Shown here: positions 53,010 to 54,755 of the stretch, piece by piece | How positions within the stretch are numbered: the first letter of the stretch is position 1 | Layout of the letters: the number at the start of each line of letters is the position of its first letter | Source: Tubiluchus corallicola | Taxonomy: Eukaryota > Animalia > Priapulida | Assembly (NCBI GenBank): GCA_030141605.1 | Contig: JAQGDQ010002421.1 | Span: 1-54,755, forward strand | Direction of reading: 5' to 3' | DNA: 54,755 nucleotides | Notes under the pieces: model-generated | Database searches by the model: none | What the model saw: only the letters and a program-made list of their open reading frames with translations | Told to the model about the DNA's origin: nothing | Made by a program: the position numbers and the translations under genes

Positions 53010-54339
53010 CATTCATTATCAATCATTATCCTAAATTTATTACTCAGGTTAGCAAAATTAACGCGTCTTGTCTTTGAAAAACTCCTTGTCTTCATAAAGT
53101 TTACTCACTCGGAATCACTAACTTAACGGTAAGTTACGTAGGCTACAGATAAACGCCAGTAATACCCTTTAAATGACCCCTGGCTGAGCGTTTTTATTTG
53201 AGATAAAGGGCCCTCTTGCGAGGTCCTTTATTTGAGATATAGGCCCACGCCTATTTAAATGTGGCTAAAATTTATCACGAGGAAGAAGATTCAAAATGGG
53301 TGCAAGGGTGTTAGAGCATAATTTCATTAGCCTAGGGGCCCCAAAAGGTCATAATCCGGCTCTGTCAACATACATGCATGTGCTACGATCATTTTATGGG
53401 ACGATTAGCTCTACGTCTGAATTTAATAATTAGTTAAAGACGCGCAAAAGAAAAAAAATCAGACAAGCTTAAACGTAGAGGGACTCACAGCACAGTATTT
53501 ATATTTCAATTCATTGTTTCTTCAAGAAGCAGGATGGAATCGCAGTGGTGTAGGACTATCAGAAATTTAGAACAGATGTTCATTGGGAAAGGAATAACTT
53601 TTTTTATTATGTTCTAATAAACACAATACATTGTTTCCCCTCTATTTGCAGGGGTACTAAATAATATTGCAGAGGGCAATAAATTTCTCAAAGTTTGTGA
53701 ACTAAGAAGGTTACCACTATGTCGTGGCCATTCAGCAGGTTACACTTACTTAAAACGCAGATTCTGCAGTTTTGAACCAAATTTAAAAACTTTTCAGTTT
53801 GCAGCGGCTTCTAGCTCATACCAACTGGCTTCACGCGTGAAAACATAATGCGGCACAGTGTTGAAATTTCCATTTCTGTTGATAGATGGAGCAGCGAATC
53901 ACTAGTGCTAATAATGTGAGCGTATCACACCATAGTGCTGTCTGCTATGAATGAAGCACTAACGTCCAATACTAAAAATAGGTGCTCTAAACCTAGCCTT
54001 TCAACAAGAATAAATATCAGTAGAAATATGCAGTGTCATTAAAACAAAGCAATTTTAGAGTTTTGACGCAGCAACGTATTTGTAATCCGATTTTTTATCT
54101 TCACAAAACTTATCTTATTCACATCGGTGAAGCAATATTTTGCGGAGCGTTTTGGCAGTGACGCAGTGAAGCCTATAGTAGATAAACAGCAGGTCTCAAG
54201 CAGCTGACAGAGAAACAAGCAGTGGTCTTCAATACAGTTAGTTACATAATCTAATATCCATGTTTTTTCCTTTAATTAGATGGCTCATTTTACTCCAGAC
54301 CAACCTAGGTGTTCCATTGCGAATGAATGTGAGCTTAAG

Positions 54340-54702
54340 TTCAAAAATGAACTAAAATGGCAACATGTGCTATTAACAGCATTGAGTACGAAATTGAAGT
54401 AAAATCGCACGTGCACAATCTGTGCTATTAACAGCATTGAGTACAAAAATGAAGTAAAATGGCGCGTGCACAATCTGTGCTATTAACAGCATTGAGTACA
54501 AAAATGAAGTAAAATGGCACGCACAATCTGGCTATTGCATTGAGTACAAAATGGTAAAATGGCGCGACAATCTGTGCTATTAACAGCATTGAGTACAAAA
54601 ATGAAGTAAAATGGCACGTGCACAATCTGTGCTATTAACAGCATTGAGTACAAAAATGAAGTAAAATGGCGCGTGCTCAATCTGTGCTATTAACAGCATT
54701 GA
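54340..54702. repeat. 55-bp tandem (minisatellite) repeat, ~6.5 copies
   Basis: Unit CAATCTGTGCTATTAACAGCATTGAGTACAAAAATGAAGTAAAATGGC(A/G)CGTGCA with starts at 54361, 54416, 54471, 54524, 54568, 54623, 54678. Confidence 0.92.
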
Positions 54703-54755
54703 AGCTACATATACACAGGCTATACACAGAATTCGCTTGATGAACTTTTTACACA

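Larger units (their letters stand above)
51896..54755. other. Non-bacterial, eukaryote-like non-coding DNA
   Basis: ~2.9 kb without a credible ORF after 52 kb of dense coding. More CpG/GC patches by eye, plus a MITE, a satellite and splice-like signals. Confidence 0.75.

Noticed and set aside
54285-54680. Three short minus-strand ORFs with similar peptides
   Set aside because: They are artefacts of translating a 55-bp repeat in rotating frames.
54340-54702. CRISPR array
   Set aside because: The whole unit repeats in tandem with no unique spacers, and there are no cas genes in the window.

Overview
Bases 1 to ~51,895 are gene-dense, AT-rich Bacteroidota DNA, most likely Cytophagales. The evidence is the TAnnTTTG -7 promoter elements, WG-repeat and DUF5777-like proteins, and a fused OtsAB. 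Most of it is housekeeping or envelope genes (ruvB, recR, tpiA, lysC, clpC, leuS, pth, birA, rsfS, ftsH, ppk1, murB, dnaN). The standout accessory locus is a six-gene cytochrome operon at 3270-7772: monoheme lipoprotein, DUF5777-like beta-barrel, monoheme cytochrome c, 7-heme membrane-anchored cytochrome c, di-heme cytochrome b, and 6-heme lipoprotein. It has no catalytic subunit and looks like an envelope-spanning electron conduit. Divergent from it lies a decayed Crp/Fnr regulator that the ORF track missed. Six bacterial genes are split only by small indels, mostly in homopolymers, which points to long-read errors. At ~51,896 an MbnP-like gene is cut mid-frame and the sequence switches to non-coding, eukaryote-like DNA. 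That tail contains a hAT-type MITE with an 8-bp target-site duplication and a 55-bp tandem satellite, so this is either a chimeric join or a bacterial insertion in a host genome. All calls come from reading the sequence and recalling motifs; no database searches were run.
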